In this document: one piece after another, positions 10,359 through 20,116 of the stretch
Layout: each line of letters starts with the position of its first letter
Position numbering within the stretch: the first letter of the stretch is position 1
Source of the DNA: Candidatus Heimdallarchaeota archaeon
GTDB taxonomy: Archaea; Asgardarchaeota; Heimdallarchaeia; JABLTI01
Direction: 5' to 3'
Length of the DNA: 64,000 nt
NCBI GenBank assembly: GCA_018238155.1
Contig: JABCTZ010000037.1
Location: forward strand, 1-64,000
Translations under genes and position numbers: made by a program
Notes under the pieces: generated by a model
The model's input: the letters and a program-made list of their open reading frames with translations, nothing else
Told to the model about the DNA's origin: nothing
Databases searched by the model: none

Positions 10359-11441
10359 TTACCTGTTCATGATTTTTACAAGATCTTTTGCAACATCTAA
10401 TGTTGAGGAGCTGCCACCTAAATCATATGTTCTTACTTTGCCCTCTTTAAGGTTGATTTTAATAGCATCTTCTACTTGTTTTGCTAGCTCAATTTCTCCA
10501 AGCCAATCAAACATTAGCTTTACAGAAAGAATTGCTGCAATTGGATTGACTTTATATTGACCGGCATATTTTGGTGCACTGCCATGAGTTGGTTCAAATA
10601 AGCCGTATTTATCTGAAGTGGATGCTGATGCAGCAAAACCTAAGCCACCAACTAATTGTGCTGTTAAATCAGATACGATATCACCAAACATATTTGTCGC
10701 AATAATAACACCAAAATTCTGTGGATTTTTTACTAATTGCATACACATTGCATCAATGTTTTGTTTCCAGACCTCAATGTCAGGATAGTCTTTAGCAACT
10801 TCGGCTGCAACGGCAAGGAACATTCCATCAGTTGCACGAATAACATTTGCTTTGTGAACAAGAGTAACATTAGGATAGTTGAATTTTTTAGCATATTCAA
10901 ATCCAGTCTTAACTATACGTCTACAACCTTTTTCAGTAAAAACTCTGCAAGATACAGTTGTTTTCTTTGGGTCGTAATTTTTCTTTTTGAAAGCATCTAG
11001 ATGCATAAATTCAGTTGCATCATAGAAATCAAAACCAGAATAGAGTCCTTCTGTATTTTCTCGGAAAACGACAAGATCGAGATCATCTCGAAAATTCAAA
11101 GGGTTCCCTTCATAAGATTTGCATGGGCGCATATTACTATACAAATCAAAAGTTTGTCTTAATCTAACTATAGGAGATCTATAACCAGGAACATTTGGTT
11201 TAGATGTAATTGCTCCAAAGAGCGCAGCATCTGTTTCTTTCATCATTTCAACGGTTCTATCAGGTAAAGCTTCCTTCTCTTTTTCCCAAAAGACCCAACC
11301 TATATCTCCATGAATGAATTCAGCATTGAAATCAGTGCCTTCATCCATGACTATTTTGGCTGCTTCCAAAACGTCATTACCAATACCATCACCAGGCATA
11401 AATGCAATTTTATATTTTTTAGCCATGTAAACTTGCTCCAA
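10359..11441 (-). CDS. Isocitrate/isopropylmalate dehydrogenase family; homoisocitrate dehydrogenase-like
   Basis: 'PGDGIG', 'RENTEGLY', 'HKANV', 'NMFGDIVSD', 'EPTHGSAP'. 'GYRSPIVRLR' resembles HICDH. Likely start is MAKK at 11426. Confidence 0.9.
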   Translation of the reverse strand: MEQVYMAKKYKIAFMPGDGIGNDVLEAAKIVMDEGTDFNAEFIHGDIGWVFWEKEKEALPDRTVEMMKETDAALFGAITSKPNVPGYRSPIVRLRQTFDLYSNMRPCKSYEGNPLNFRDDLDLVVFRENTEGLYSGFDFYDATEFMHLDAFKKKNYDPKKTTVSCRVFTEKGCRRIVKTGFEYAKKFNYPNVTLVHKANVIRATDGMFLAVAAEVAKDYPDIEVWKQNIDAMCMQLVKNPQNFGVIIATNMFGDIVSDLTAQLVGGLGFAASASTSDKYGLFEPTHGSAPKYAGQYKVNPIAAILSVKLMFDWLGEIELAKQVEDAIKINLKEGKVRTYDLGGSSSTLDVAKDLVKIMNR

Positions 11442-11774
11442 TAACGTATTATCGGTTTACTTGAAGTTAAAGAAAGTAGTGTTCCTTTTTTATTTTTTTC
11501 TATTCGATGTATTTTTTCAGCTATTTTTTAGAAATTTCAGTGTAATGAAATGCTATACTCTTAATTTTTCAAACAGTTTGATAATTAATGTCAGAATTAT
11601 CTATGGTTTACAGTTGCTTAAAGAGGTAACTTGAAATAAGAAATAGCAATTATATTATCATAGCAAAGTTTCAGTTTAGAAAACCAGTTAAATTTACTAT
11701 ATCTGGAACTATTTTTGTTGGAGAACCGGCAGAAAACAGTAATCTCTAAATGTAATGTACGGAGAATATGAAAA

Positions 11775-12260
11775 TTGTCAGATGTAGAAAAAGTAATCCC
11801 AGAAGAAGAATTAGATGCTGCAACTGAAAGACTGGTTTACAAAATAACTGAAGGATTACAACGACTAAATAGTATCGGCACCGTTCAATTTATCCAAATC
11901 GATTTACCTCCAATTCCAGATAGGATTAAAGATATTTTAGCTATTAACTTTAATTCTCCTTTAGAAGATGGCTTGTATATCAATCAAACAATTGTTTTGG
12001 AACAAATGGATTCTGGTGACTCCTTTATGAGAGCATTGAACTCCATTAGAAAGCTCTTAACTGTGGCAGGTAAAATTTCCATTGATGAAATCCAAGCAGT
12101 AGTAAATATCGATTATAAAGGTAAACCAATGGATATCATCATTACTTATGTTCCTGAGGAACATGATATCAGTCTTGTATCAGTGACTCAACATGGAGAA
12201 TTCTTTAGAATTTTAGAATATGTTAGATTCTTCTGGTTAAAATCAAGACCAAGAATTTAG
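11775..12260 (+). CDS. Hypothetical protein
   Basis: Clean 161-aa globular-looking ORF followed by a T-rich tract. Confidence 0.7.
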   Translation: MSDVEKVIPEEELDAATERLVYKITEGLQRLNSIGTVQFIQIDLPPIPDRIKDILAINFNSPLEDGLYINQTIVLEQMDSGDSFMRALNSIRKLLTVAGKISIDEIQAVVNIDYKGKPMDIIITYVPEEHDISLVSVTQHGEFFRILEYVRFFWLKSRPRI

Positions 12261-12384
12261 ACTTTAGAAATTTCTCTTTTTTTTTTATTCTTTCTTTTTT
12301 ATCTTTCTTTACTCAATAATTACCAAAAACTCAAAAAGTAATATTGAGAATTTGATTATAACGTCAATTAAATTGTGATGAACC

Positions 12385-13731
12385 TTGGAAGATAAATTTA
12401 GCACTTCTCAAAAGCAAGATTTCATTATTAATCTATCAGAAATAATTCCTTATACAATTGAGTTTTCAAAAGATGCTAAGGAAATTATCTTAACAAAAGG
12501 GGTTATCACAGGAGAAATTTCTTTAGATAGTTTAGCATTAGAGCTCGCTCAAAGATTTGATATAGCTTATGAAGATATTTTCTTCACGTTAAATGATAAT
12601 AACGATTTTTTAATCAACATAGTTTCTGAAAATTTTATTGATATCTCCATTGCAGAAAGTACCATTCTTGAGATGATAGCCAATGAATTACCTTATACGT
12701 TAAAAAATGCAGACACTCACAAAGTATTTACTTATATTACTGAGAATTTGTTTGGGATACCATTAATTGGTTCAATGTATTTTGGTGTTATTGACCGTGG
12801 GACAAACCTCTTACAAGTAAGGAGTTTGACAGGTTGTCCTCTAAATTGCCCTTTTTGTTCAGTAGATGAAGGACCTGTAACTAAGACAAAGCATAGAGAT
12901 TTTATTATTGACTCAGATTACTTGGTAAACACTTACGATTATGTCGTTAAGGAAAAAAAATTGAAAAAAGCAGAAGCTCATTTGGATAGTCAAGGAGAAC
13001 CAATGGCATATCCTTACATTGTTGATTTAGTGCAGGGGTTAGCAAATAATCCCAATACTGCGATAATATCTGCACAAACTAATGGATGGTATTTAACAGA
13101 AAAGCTCGTTGATGATTTAGAATCTGCAGGTCTTTCGAGGATAAATCTTTCAATAAATTCAATGGAATTAAACAAAGCTAAACGATTATCTGGTAGAGGA
13201 GATTATTCTTTGCAGAAAATTTTGGATATGGCAGAATATATTGCCAACTCAAAAATTTCTTTATTGCTTGCACCTCTTTGGATATCAGGAATAAATGACA
13301 CAGATATCGAAGAGATCATTAAATTCTCTAAAGGAATTAATAAGAAAGAAAAACGTTTCCCACCTTTAGGGATACAAAATTATCTGATTCATCAACAAGG
13401 GAGAAATATGAAAGGAGTGACATCTAAAACCTTCAAAACTTTTAATGAACAATTGAGAGAATTCGAGAGAAAATATGATGTGTCAAACCTCGTACTTAAA
13501 CAATCAATGTTTGAATCCTATAAATCCAATATGCTACCAAACCCTCTAAAAACAGGGGAAATAATCTCGGGAAGAGTTATTCTTCCGGGCAGACTAAATG
13601 ACGAGATATTTACTGTTGCAAAAAATAGAATCATACATGTTACTGGAGCAGAAGGTTTATCCGTTGGTACAAAAATTAAAGCACGAATTGTCAGAAATAG
13701 GCACAATATCTTTTTTGCGAAAAAAGTATAA
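12385..13731 (+). CDS. Radical SAM protein with C-terminal TRAM-like domain (archaeal COG2100-like)
   Basis: CxxxCxxC 'CPLNCPFCSVDEGP', 'FGVIDRGTNLLQVR', and a beta-rich C-terminus ending 'RHNIFFA'. Confidence 0.88.
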   Translation: MEDKFSTSQKQDFIINLSEIIPYTIEFSKDAKEIILTKGVITGEISLDSLALELAQRFDIAYEDIFFTLNDNNDFLINIVSENFIDISIAESTILEMIANELPYTLKNADTHKVFTYITENLFGIPLIGSMYFGVIDRGTNLLQVRSLTGCPLNCPFCSVDEGPVTKTKHRDFIIDSDYLVNTYDYVVKEKKLKKAEAHLDSQGEPMAYPYIVDLVQGLANNPNTAIISAQTNGWYLTEKLVDDLESAGLSRINLSINSMELNKAKRLSGRGDYSLQKILDMAEYIANSKISLLLAPLWISGINDTDIEEIIKFSKGINKKEKRFPPLGIQNYLIHQQGRNMKGVTSKTFKTFNEQLREFERKYDVSNLVLKQSMFESYKSNMLPNPLKTGEIISGRVILPGRLNDEIFTVAKNRIIHVTGAEGLSVGTKIKARIVRNRHNIFFAKKV

Positions 13732-13751
13732 TCTTGTTTTCAATCAATTAC

Positions 13752-14852
13752 TTAAACGGGAAAGCGTAAAAGAGCAACTTTTCCACCAAATTTTCCAACT
13801 TGTTTACCAGATGCATGGTGTTCACTCATAATAACAATTTTACCACCAGATTTTTGTACGCTCTGTAGAAATCGATCGAGTTTTTTCCTTTTCTCTCTAT
13901 CTCTTAAACGTAACTGATTATCAACAAGTAACAAAGTCTCTACCGCACCAAATCCAATTGCCTTAGTAATCGCTTCATGTCCATAAGCAACAGTGCCGGT
14001 ATTTTTACCAATCCTTGTCATAACTTCTTCAAGATACACTGCATCAGAACTTGCTTGTTCTTCCTCGATAATTCGTCCTAGAATATTTTTACTAATAATT
14101 TCACCAATAGCACTTGGACCACCATTACTAGCAGTTTCAATTATTATTTTTTCCAAAGGAATCGTTGTAATATTTTTCTTTTCTTTAAGATAGCGATAAT
14201 ATTTGTCTTTTGTGAATCCTGGACCGGCAAGAACCATTGCAGTTGCATCAGGCACTTTTGCTGAAAAGGCTTCTTCAATTGCAAAAGTAACTTTCGAATA
14301 GAATTTGGCTATTTTCTCCGCACGTATTTTTTCTTTACTCCCCGATTTCTTTGGTATACGCTCTTTTAAATTAGCAAGAATAGAGCTTGAAAAAGCCCCT
14401 ATGGCAGCAAGAGTAGCTTCGCTGTCATCAATAGCAACAATAAGTACTTTTGCGCTTGCAGATTTTTTCACTGCAGCCTCTAATCGATCCTTATCGATTT
14501 TAGACCAAATTTCTTTTCCGATTGTAAGCAATGTTCCTGTTTCTACATTAATTGTATGATATGTTCCATAGGATATCAAATCTTCTGGACCCTCAGTTAT
14601 TGTCCCTTTAATTCTTAAGCGATTAGCAAATTCATGAAATTTAACTTCTTCAACCTCTAATGTGAGAATCATAGAAACACGTTCACCTTTCTCTGCACGC
14701 CCATTTTCTTCACCTACTCGAATTCTGCGATAAGTTCGAGCTTTTACTTTATCAAGAGGTAGAATGAGATTATAGAGAACATATAAATCATCAACTGTTT
14801 CAGGTACAACTGAGACAGAGCCAATTTGATATTTTCGTGATTTAATGTTCAA
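13752..14852 (-). CDS. pelA: Pelota/Dom34 ribosome rescue factor
   Basis: 'PETVDDLYVLYN', 'GTYHTINVE', 'AGPGFTK', 'AVETLLL', 'FGGKVALLRFP'. Confidence 0.95.
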   Translation of the reverse strand: MNIKSRKYQIGSVSVVPETVDDLYVLYNLILPLDKVKARTYRRIRVGEENGRAEKGERVSMILTLEVEEVKFHEFANRLRIKGTITEGPEDLISYGTYHTINVETGTLLTIGKEIWSKIDKDRLEAAVKKSASAKVLIVAIDDSEATLAAIGAFSSSILANLKERIPKKSGSKEKIRAEKIAKFYSKVTFAIEEAFSAKVPDATAMVLAGPGFTKDKYYRYLKEKKNITTIPLEKIIIETASNGGPSAIGEIISKNILGRIIEEEQASSDAVYLEEVMTRIGKNTGTVAYGHEAITKAIGFGAVETLLLVDNQLRLRDREKRKKLDRFLQSVQKSGGKIVIMSEHHASGKQVGKFGGKVALLRFPV

Positions 14853-14952
14853 TAGTATTTCACCAACAATAGAAATTAATTGTTGAATCTAGTTTAGAAA
14901 TATAACTATACTATCTATTATTTTCTGAAAAATGATGAAAGAATGGAGAATT

Positions 14953-15438
14953 TTAGAAGTTCGCTAAAATGTCTTCAACTCTTGAAGCAAAATCCTTCAT
15001 TAAACGATATCTCAATGTAGATCTGCTAGTTTCTTCTTTAATCATTATTACAATCGAATTATTGCTCTCGGATCTAAAAACTAGAAAAAAGCCTTCTTTT
15101 CCTTCCAACATAACTCCAATCGGATCCCCAATATCATAATGATTTGTTGTCATTTTTATCAGTGATAAAAATTCTCTCACATATGAACTTGTAAACTCAG
15201 TATCAACATCTTGAGAAGACCATTTTAGCACAAGAAGTCCAGAAGATTCAATAACGATAACAGATCTGACTCCAGGATTTAATGCATGTAAAACATTGCA
15301 TTCTTTTTCAAATCGTACATCAACTGATAGGCTCAAATTATATTCCTCACGTATAATTAGTTTTTTTGAAACGTTTTTTCGTTTCATTAAAAAAACACTA
15401 GTTTTCTTAATGAATGTTATGTATATTACTTTTTCCAT
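14953..15438 (-). CDS. Roadblock/longin (profilin-like fold) domain protein
   Basis: Pattern 'GVRSVIVIESSGLLV' - helix - 'GDPIGVMLEGKEGFFLVF' - strand - C-terminal helix is typical of Roadblock/LC7 proteins. True start is probably downstream. Confidence 0.65.
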   Translation of the reverse strand: MEKVIYITFIKKTSVFLMKRKNVSKKLIIREEYNLSLSVDVRFEKECNVLHALNPGVRSVIVIESSGLLVLKWSSQDVDTEFTSSYVREFLSLIKMTTNHYDIGDPIGVMLEGKEGFFLVFRSESNNSIVIMIKEETSRSTLRYRLMKDFASRVEDILANF

Positions 15439-15584
15439 TTTAATTACTTCAAAAGTAATTTGTTTATACTCAAAACCATTAATAACAAATAGAAATAAAT
15501 AAAAATGAAATACTCAACGAGTATCAGAATTCATATGAACCAATTGTCCCCCAACTTTTAAGTGAACTAACTTGAGTGTTGGTA

Positions 15585-15752
15585 TTATCCGCATCCAGAG
15601 CAACTTGAACAACCACTGCCACACATTGCCATACTTTTAACATATTCTTCATAGCATACATGGTGGACAACGATAGTTTTGTTGTTTGTAGTATACACTT
15701 CTAGCGATTTTTCGTCTTTATTGATTTCTTTATTACATAGTATACAAGGCAT
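15585..15752 (-). CDS. Small Cys-rich protein (55 aa), not in the ORF track
   Basis: Manual translation: MPCILCNKEINKDEKSLEVYTTNNKTIVVHHVCYEEYVKSMAMCGSGCSSCSGCG*. CxxC...HxxC plus a 4-Cys tail. Confidence 0.75.
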   Translation of the reverse strand: MPCILCNKEINKDEKSLEVYTTNNKTIVVHHVCYEEYVKSMAMCGSGCSSCSGCG

Positions 15753-15889
15753 ATTAATCACTGTATTATCTGACTGATAGAACAGACTAAAACACTTCTT
15801 ATTTAAAAATTAAGGTAAAACTCTCCAAAAAGTAAACAAAAGAAATAAAATAAATCCAATAGATTAAATAAAGTTAATCAAAATTTGTT

Positions 15890-15999
15890 CTCGGCTGATA
15901 TCAGAGATTATTGATACCAACCAAGTTAACTGTCCCCTAAAGACCTATCTATCCGGTTCTTTTCCCAAGAGTGCGACGGTTGATTTTGAGGGTTAGCTA
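15890..15999 (-). ncRNA. Candidate structured RNA / 5' leader upstream of the small Cys-rich gene
   Basis: On the minus strand CUUGGUUGGUAUCA pairs with UGAUAUCAGCCGAG (14 bp including G-U), next to a second interrupted stem-loop. Confidence 0.35.
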
Positions 16000-16271
16000 T
16001 AAATAACCAATCCAAATTCTATGAATTATAGATACATATTACTAGAATAATAGAATTATGAAGGAAAATTTCGCCTGTAAGAAAAACATTGTTAGCCCTT
16101 CTTTTCGAATTTTAAGGGCGTAAACACCTTGTTTTTATTTATTAGCGACAAGGAAAAATATTAATAATAACAATATCAATTAGTTTCTAATGAAAAGTTG
16201 ATAAAAGGTTATTCCGTAATTTTGTGGAAAAATTATCGTTAGTTTATTAAAAAAACAAAACTGGGGTAAAA

Positions 16272-17951
16272 ATGAAAATGGCAGCACAGGAATTAACTCA
16301 GCTTGAGGAAAAACTCTTTGAAAAAATTAAAGCTATAGAAAAAATGGGGATTTCAGTACGTTATTTACCAAATAGAGTTGAACCTGGAGTTGCGTATCAA
16401 TTAAATCATGAGAATAGATGGAGCAAATTTTCAGGAGAAACACTATTTATTAACCAGCAAATTCTTACTGATTTAAAATTAGAGCCATTAATTTTTTGGC
16501 GGGAAGCATTTTTATTTCTCGCACCAAAAACACTTAGAGATACATGGTGGGTTCGTGTTTTAGCAAATACTTTTCCTTTCAGTATTCAACAAACAAATGA
16601 AAATTATGAAAAATGGTCAGAAGTATGGGAAAAAGTAATTGATTCTAAACTCCAAAAAGTTTCAGAGTACAAGAAACTCGCATCTTCAATTGGTTCGAAA
16701 GGAATTATTGAAATATTTAGATTGTGTTTACATCAAACACTCTTAGTACAAAAGGAATCGGGAAACGAAAGAAAAAAATTCTCACATGTAGAGCTAAACT
16801 TGAAGGAATTTACTTTAATTATTTCAAAAGTCCGTGATGCGTCTGTTGGTTTAAATGACAGTGCAATAGATCTTTTGAAAATAGCTCTGATAAAGCAAAC
16901 ATTGAAACCAAAGGAATTAGAAAAATATACGAACAAAAGTAGAAGCACAATTAGTAAAATAACCAAAAAACTTCAAGATATGCAAATTTTAGATACTAGA
17001 ATACAAGTTAATATTCATCGACTTAATTTGGGAAATTATTACATGTTATTTAATTGTACACGAAAACAGTATGAGAAAATGAAAAATAGTCATCCAAAAC
17101 ACCCTTTCCTTTTTGCTTATACTGTTCATTGTCTAACAACTTGCACGATTTCATTACAATTCATAGGACCTAGAACAGAAAAATTTTTCCGGCATTTAGA
17201 AAAATATTGTAAATGGTTGAAGAGAACTAACCAAATAATCGAATATCAATTATTTGAGCTTCATAATTCCTTCAGAAGCTATTTTCTCAAATACTTCAAC
17301 CCAAAATCAAAGATTCAGAATCTCAATATTAACGATATAGCAATTAACTATAATTTACTAAGAGAAATGCCACAAGATAAACGAAAAGGAGCAAATTTAG
17401 AATCAGAAAATATCATTATTACTCACCCTCAATATTCGAAGATGTGTAACAAATTAGATAAAAATGATATAGAAATAATTAATCAAATTTTGAATGGAAA
17501 TTACACAAGACGAGGTATTCAAAAAGCGATTAAGAAGGATATGAATTATATTGTTAAGCGTTTACAATATCTCGAAGAGAAAGAAGTACTAACAGAGAAT
17601 GTCTATGTTAAATTACCCAATAATACAGAACGAGTTACTCTCTTCATCAAGGAAACTAAGAATGAAAATGAACCGTCTCTAAAAGAGAGAATGAAGCTTT
17701 TAAGCTACTATTTACCCAATGTTTTATTTTCAGAAGTGAAGGGAACGTTTGACGGTATAATGATGCTATTATCTCTTTCATATTCTAATGTTTTACAATT
17801 TGTAGATTTTGTTAATTTCTTTTTGCCTTCATCTGCATATATACAGATTATTTTAGGAAGGGCAAAAGAGCTACAAACGTTCAGAAAGCTACCAGTAAAT
17901 CGTTGGACTGGTTCTGAATGGTTAGTTTATGATGATGATTTTGAGATGTGA
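16272..17951 (+). CDS. Large multi-domain winged-helix transcriptional regulator (tandem HTH + Lrp/RAM-like units)
   Basis: HTH1 'KPKELEKYTNKSRSTISKITKKL' and HTH2 'LDKNDIEIINQIL...YIVKRLQYLEEKEVL', each followed by an alpha/beta segment. Confidence 0.7.
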   Translation: MKMAAQELTQLEEKLFEKIKAIEKMGISVRYLPNRVEPGVAYQLNHENRWSKFSGETLFINQQILTDLKLEPLIFWREAFLFLAPKTLRDTWWVRVLANTFPFSIQQTNENYEKWSEVWEKVIDSKLQKVSEYKKLASSIGSKGIIEIFRLCLHQTLLVQKESGNERKKFSHVELNLKEFTLIISKVRDASVGLNDSAIDLLKIALIKQTLKPKELEKYTNKSRSTISKITKKLQDMQILDTRIQVNIHRLNLGNYYMLFNCTRKQYEKMKNSHPKHPFLFAYTVHCLTTCTISLQFIGPRTEKFFRHLEKYCKWLKRTNQIIEYQLFELHNSFRSYFLKYFNPKSKIQNLNINDIAINYNLLREMPQDKRKGANLESENIIITHPQYSKMCNKLDKNDIEIINQILNGNYTRRGIQKAIKKDMNYIVKRLQYLEEKEVLTENVYVKLPNNTERVTLFIKETKNENEPSLKERMKLLSYYLPNVLFSEVKGTFDGIMMLLSLSYSNVLQFVDFVNFFLPSSAYIQIILGRAKELQTFRKLPVNRWTGSEWLVYDDDFEM

Positions 17952-18668
17952 CTATTTTTTACTGCGTTTTGATTTTGGCAGATACTCTATTGTTTTCCCA
18001 GTAACTATAGTTCCATCTTCCATTTCTAATGAAATTAGTTTCCCACATTTCTCAGGGCAACCTCGTTCACATCTTGGCGTCCACCAGGTAAACAAAGCAG
18101 GAGCAGCATCATTTACTAAATAAAATATCATCTGAGCAAGCCGACGAATCTCCCATTGAGCACGAGAGCAAATGCGAAAGTTGAAGAAATTCCAAAGAGA
18201 TCGAGCATTCATAGTCATTACTATTGCTGTTTTTGTAGCATTTGGTAAAAGATATCTTGAGTCTTCTAATTCAATTCCTAATTCATCCAGCTGTTTTCGA
18301 GCATCTATTGATTGCTGCAGAAAATCTTCGGCTATTTTTCGTGCTTTGGAGTTCTCAAGGATGGAATCTGGAATCACTGCCCAATCTTTCCCACCAATTT
18401 CCAATGGGTCAGAATATCTTTGACTTTCTTGTGAAAAAGATGCCATTCGATGTCTTACAAGTTGATGACTTGTTACTCGAGACACACCTGAAATTCTAAA
18501 AGTGAAATTAACATGTTCTGCTACAGATTCATGCCCAGAATCAATGACACGTTTGATTATATCTTCGTTTGTTGGTTCGTTTAAAATTACTTTTTTCTTA
18601 CCACGACACATTTTTATGGCAACTTCAGCTAATTTTTCATTTGTTGCACTAAGTAATTCAACTTTCAT
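17952..18668 (-). CDS. thyX: FAD-dependent thymidylate synthase
   Basis: 'GHESVAEH', ThyX motif 'RHRMASFSQESQRY', 'AQWEIR'. Confidence 0.96.
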   Translation of the reverse strand: MKVELLSATNEKLAEVAIKMCRGKKKVILNEPTNEDIIKRVIDSGHESVAEHVNFTFRISGVSRVTSHQLVRHRMASFSQESQRYSDPLEIGGKDWAVIPDSILENSKARKIAEDFLQQSIDARKQLDELGIELEDSRYLLPNATKTAIVMTMNARSLWNFFNFRICSRAQWEIRRLAQMIFYLVNDAAPALFTWWTPRCERGCPEKCGKLISLEMEDGTIVTGKTIEYLPKSKRSKK

Positions 18669-19161
18669 TTTTATCGTCTCAACTACTATAGTCTTGAGTT
18701 ATTTTTGTTTTATTTTCTAACTTACTTCTTAAATTTATTGAATGTGTTTAACTTCCAACAGAGAGTGATTTTTCTCTATTGAATTCTCCATATATGCTTT
18801 AAAGTAATTCGTGTTAGCATTATTAAGATTCCTCCAAATAAAGGATAATTAATGCTAACACTAAACAATATTCAACAACTGTAGTGCAAATTTGATTGAT
18901 AGATAATTAGTATTTTAATTTTTCAATAACCAAATTAACTGAAAATTTCTCATTCACAAATAGAATCTTTAATTATTGAATATTTAGTAATAGAAACAAG
19001 ATTGGAAGGAGAAAGAAGGATGATAAAAAAAGGAAAATATTGTGACCATTGCTACAAAATGAAAGAATAGAGAATCAGTATCTTCCAGTTTCTCTTTTTT
19101 TGTGTAAGGAGATTTTCAAGGTATGACTCCTATATTTAGTTCCCTTGAACCAAGCATTACC

Positions 19162-19734
19162 CTAATGACTAGGTTGGTATAAATTGCCTTTATTCATTAT
19201 ATCATAATATTTCTCTTGGAAATACTCGATTGAAGTATCAATGATTTTTAATGCTTGCTCTTTTCCTTCCCATCCCTGAACTTCAGTTTTCTTCCCCTTC
19301 TCTAGTTTCTTGTATTCTCTAAAGAATTCTTCAACCTCGAGTAATTGATGTTTTGGCACCCAATCCAATGAATTTGCTTCATCCATTCTAGGATCGTTAT
19401 GAGCTACAGCAATGATTTTATCATCATCACCCATTTCATCTTTCATTCGTAATACTCCTATAGGTCGAGCTGTAACAAGACATCCTGGGAAAGTTGGTTC
19501 TGTAATTAATACCATTATATCTAAAGGATCTTTATCATCACCCAATGTACGTGGAATGAATCCATAAGAAATTGGAAAAACTACAGATGAATACAAAACA
19601 CGATCAAGATAAATAGCCATAATTTCTTTATCAAATTCAAATTTATTCTTTGAACCTTGAGGTGTTTCAATTACTGCATAGACTATTTCAGGAGGGTTAG
19701 GTCCTGGTTTAACATCTGTCCACAAATTTGGCAT
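19162..19734 (-). CDS. ppa: Family I inorganic pyrophosphatase
   Basis: 'YGFIPRTLGDDKDPLD', 'DDKIIAV', 'FFREYKKLE'. Confidence 0.96.
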   Translation of the reverse strand: MPNLWTDVKPGPNPPEIVYAVIETPQGSKNKFEFDKEIMAIYLDRVLYSSVVFPISYGFIPRTLGDDKDPLDIMVLITEPTFPGCLVTARPIGVLRMKDEMGDDDKIIAVAHNDPRMDEANSLDWVPKHQLLEVEEFFREYKKLEKGKKTEVQGWEGKEQALKIIDTSIEYFQEKYYDIMNKGNLYQPSH

Positions 19735-19930
19735 GATTTCATCAACTTCTTGTTAGTGGTGAAATAATACACAAATAAATCTTTTCAATCTTCGAGTGTT
19801 TTTATTTAAATATAATACAAATAAAAATGAATAAATGAGTGAATGGATTTTGTAATCCATTTAGATCGTGCTCATGAAAATTTCTACTGAAATTAAGTGT
19901 AAAATTGAATTATTGTTAGTTTCTAAAAAG

Positions 19931-20037
19931 TGGGAAATCACTCCAATACGCTCAGAGATCCTAAAAGCGAGTATCTCTATTTTGCGGATGGGAGATAGCT
20001 TAGCTGACTATTGCTTTTATCTGGAGTGCACTTCCCA
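19931..20037 (+). ncRNA. Candidate structured RNA (long interrupted hairpin)
   Basis: Nested helices UGGGAA/UUCCCA, CACUCCA/UGGAGUG, UAAAAGCGA/UUGCUUUUA, UAUCUC/GAGAUA. G-U pairs favour the + strand. Confidence 0.45.
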
Positions 20038-20116
20038 GATATATTTAACTTAAGCATATAAAGAATATTTAGAATGAGGCAAAATGAAAGAAAAAAGCGT
20101 TGGCTCTATTCTAAAA

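Noticed and set aside
15890-15999. Cobalamin riboswitch (GGGAA, GCAC)
   Set aside because: B12 box and the GGUG/AAUCC core are absent.
18939-19070. Short + strand ORF containing CDHC
   Set aside because: Only 16 aa from the ATG and a single CxxC; insufficient support.
19115-19149. Hairpin TTCAAGG...CCTTGAA containing ATGA, considered as SECIS or TPP riboswitch
   Set aside because: No GA quartet partner, no in-frame UGA selenoprotein nearby, and no TPP consensus. More likely a 3' hairpin of ppa.
19868-20053. 61-aa ORF from the track
   Set aside because: No motif, GTG start, and it overlaps the strongly structured segment that better explains the sequence.
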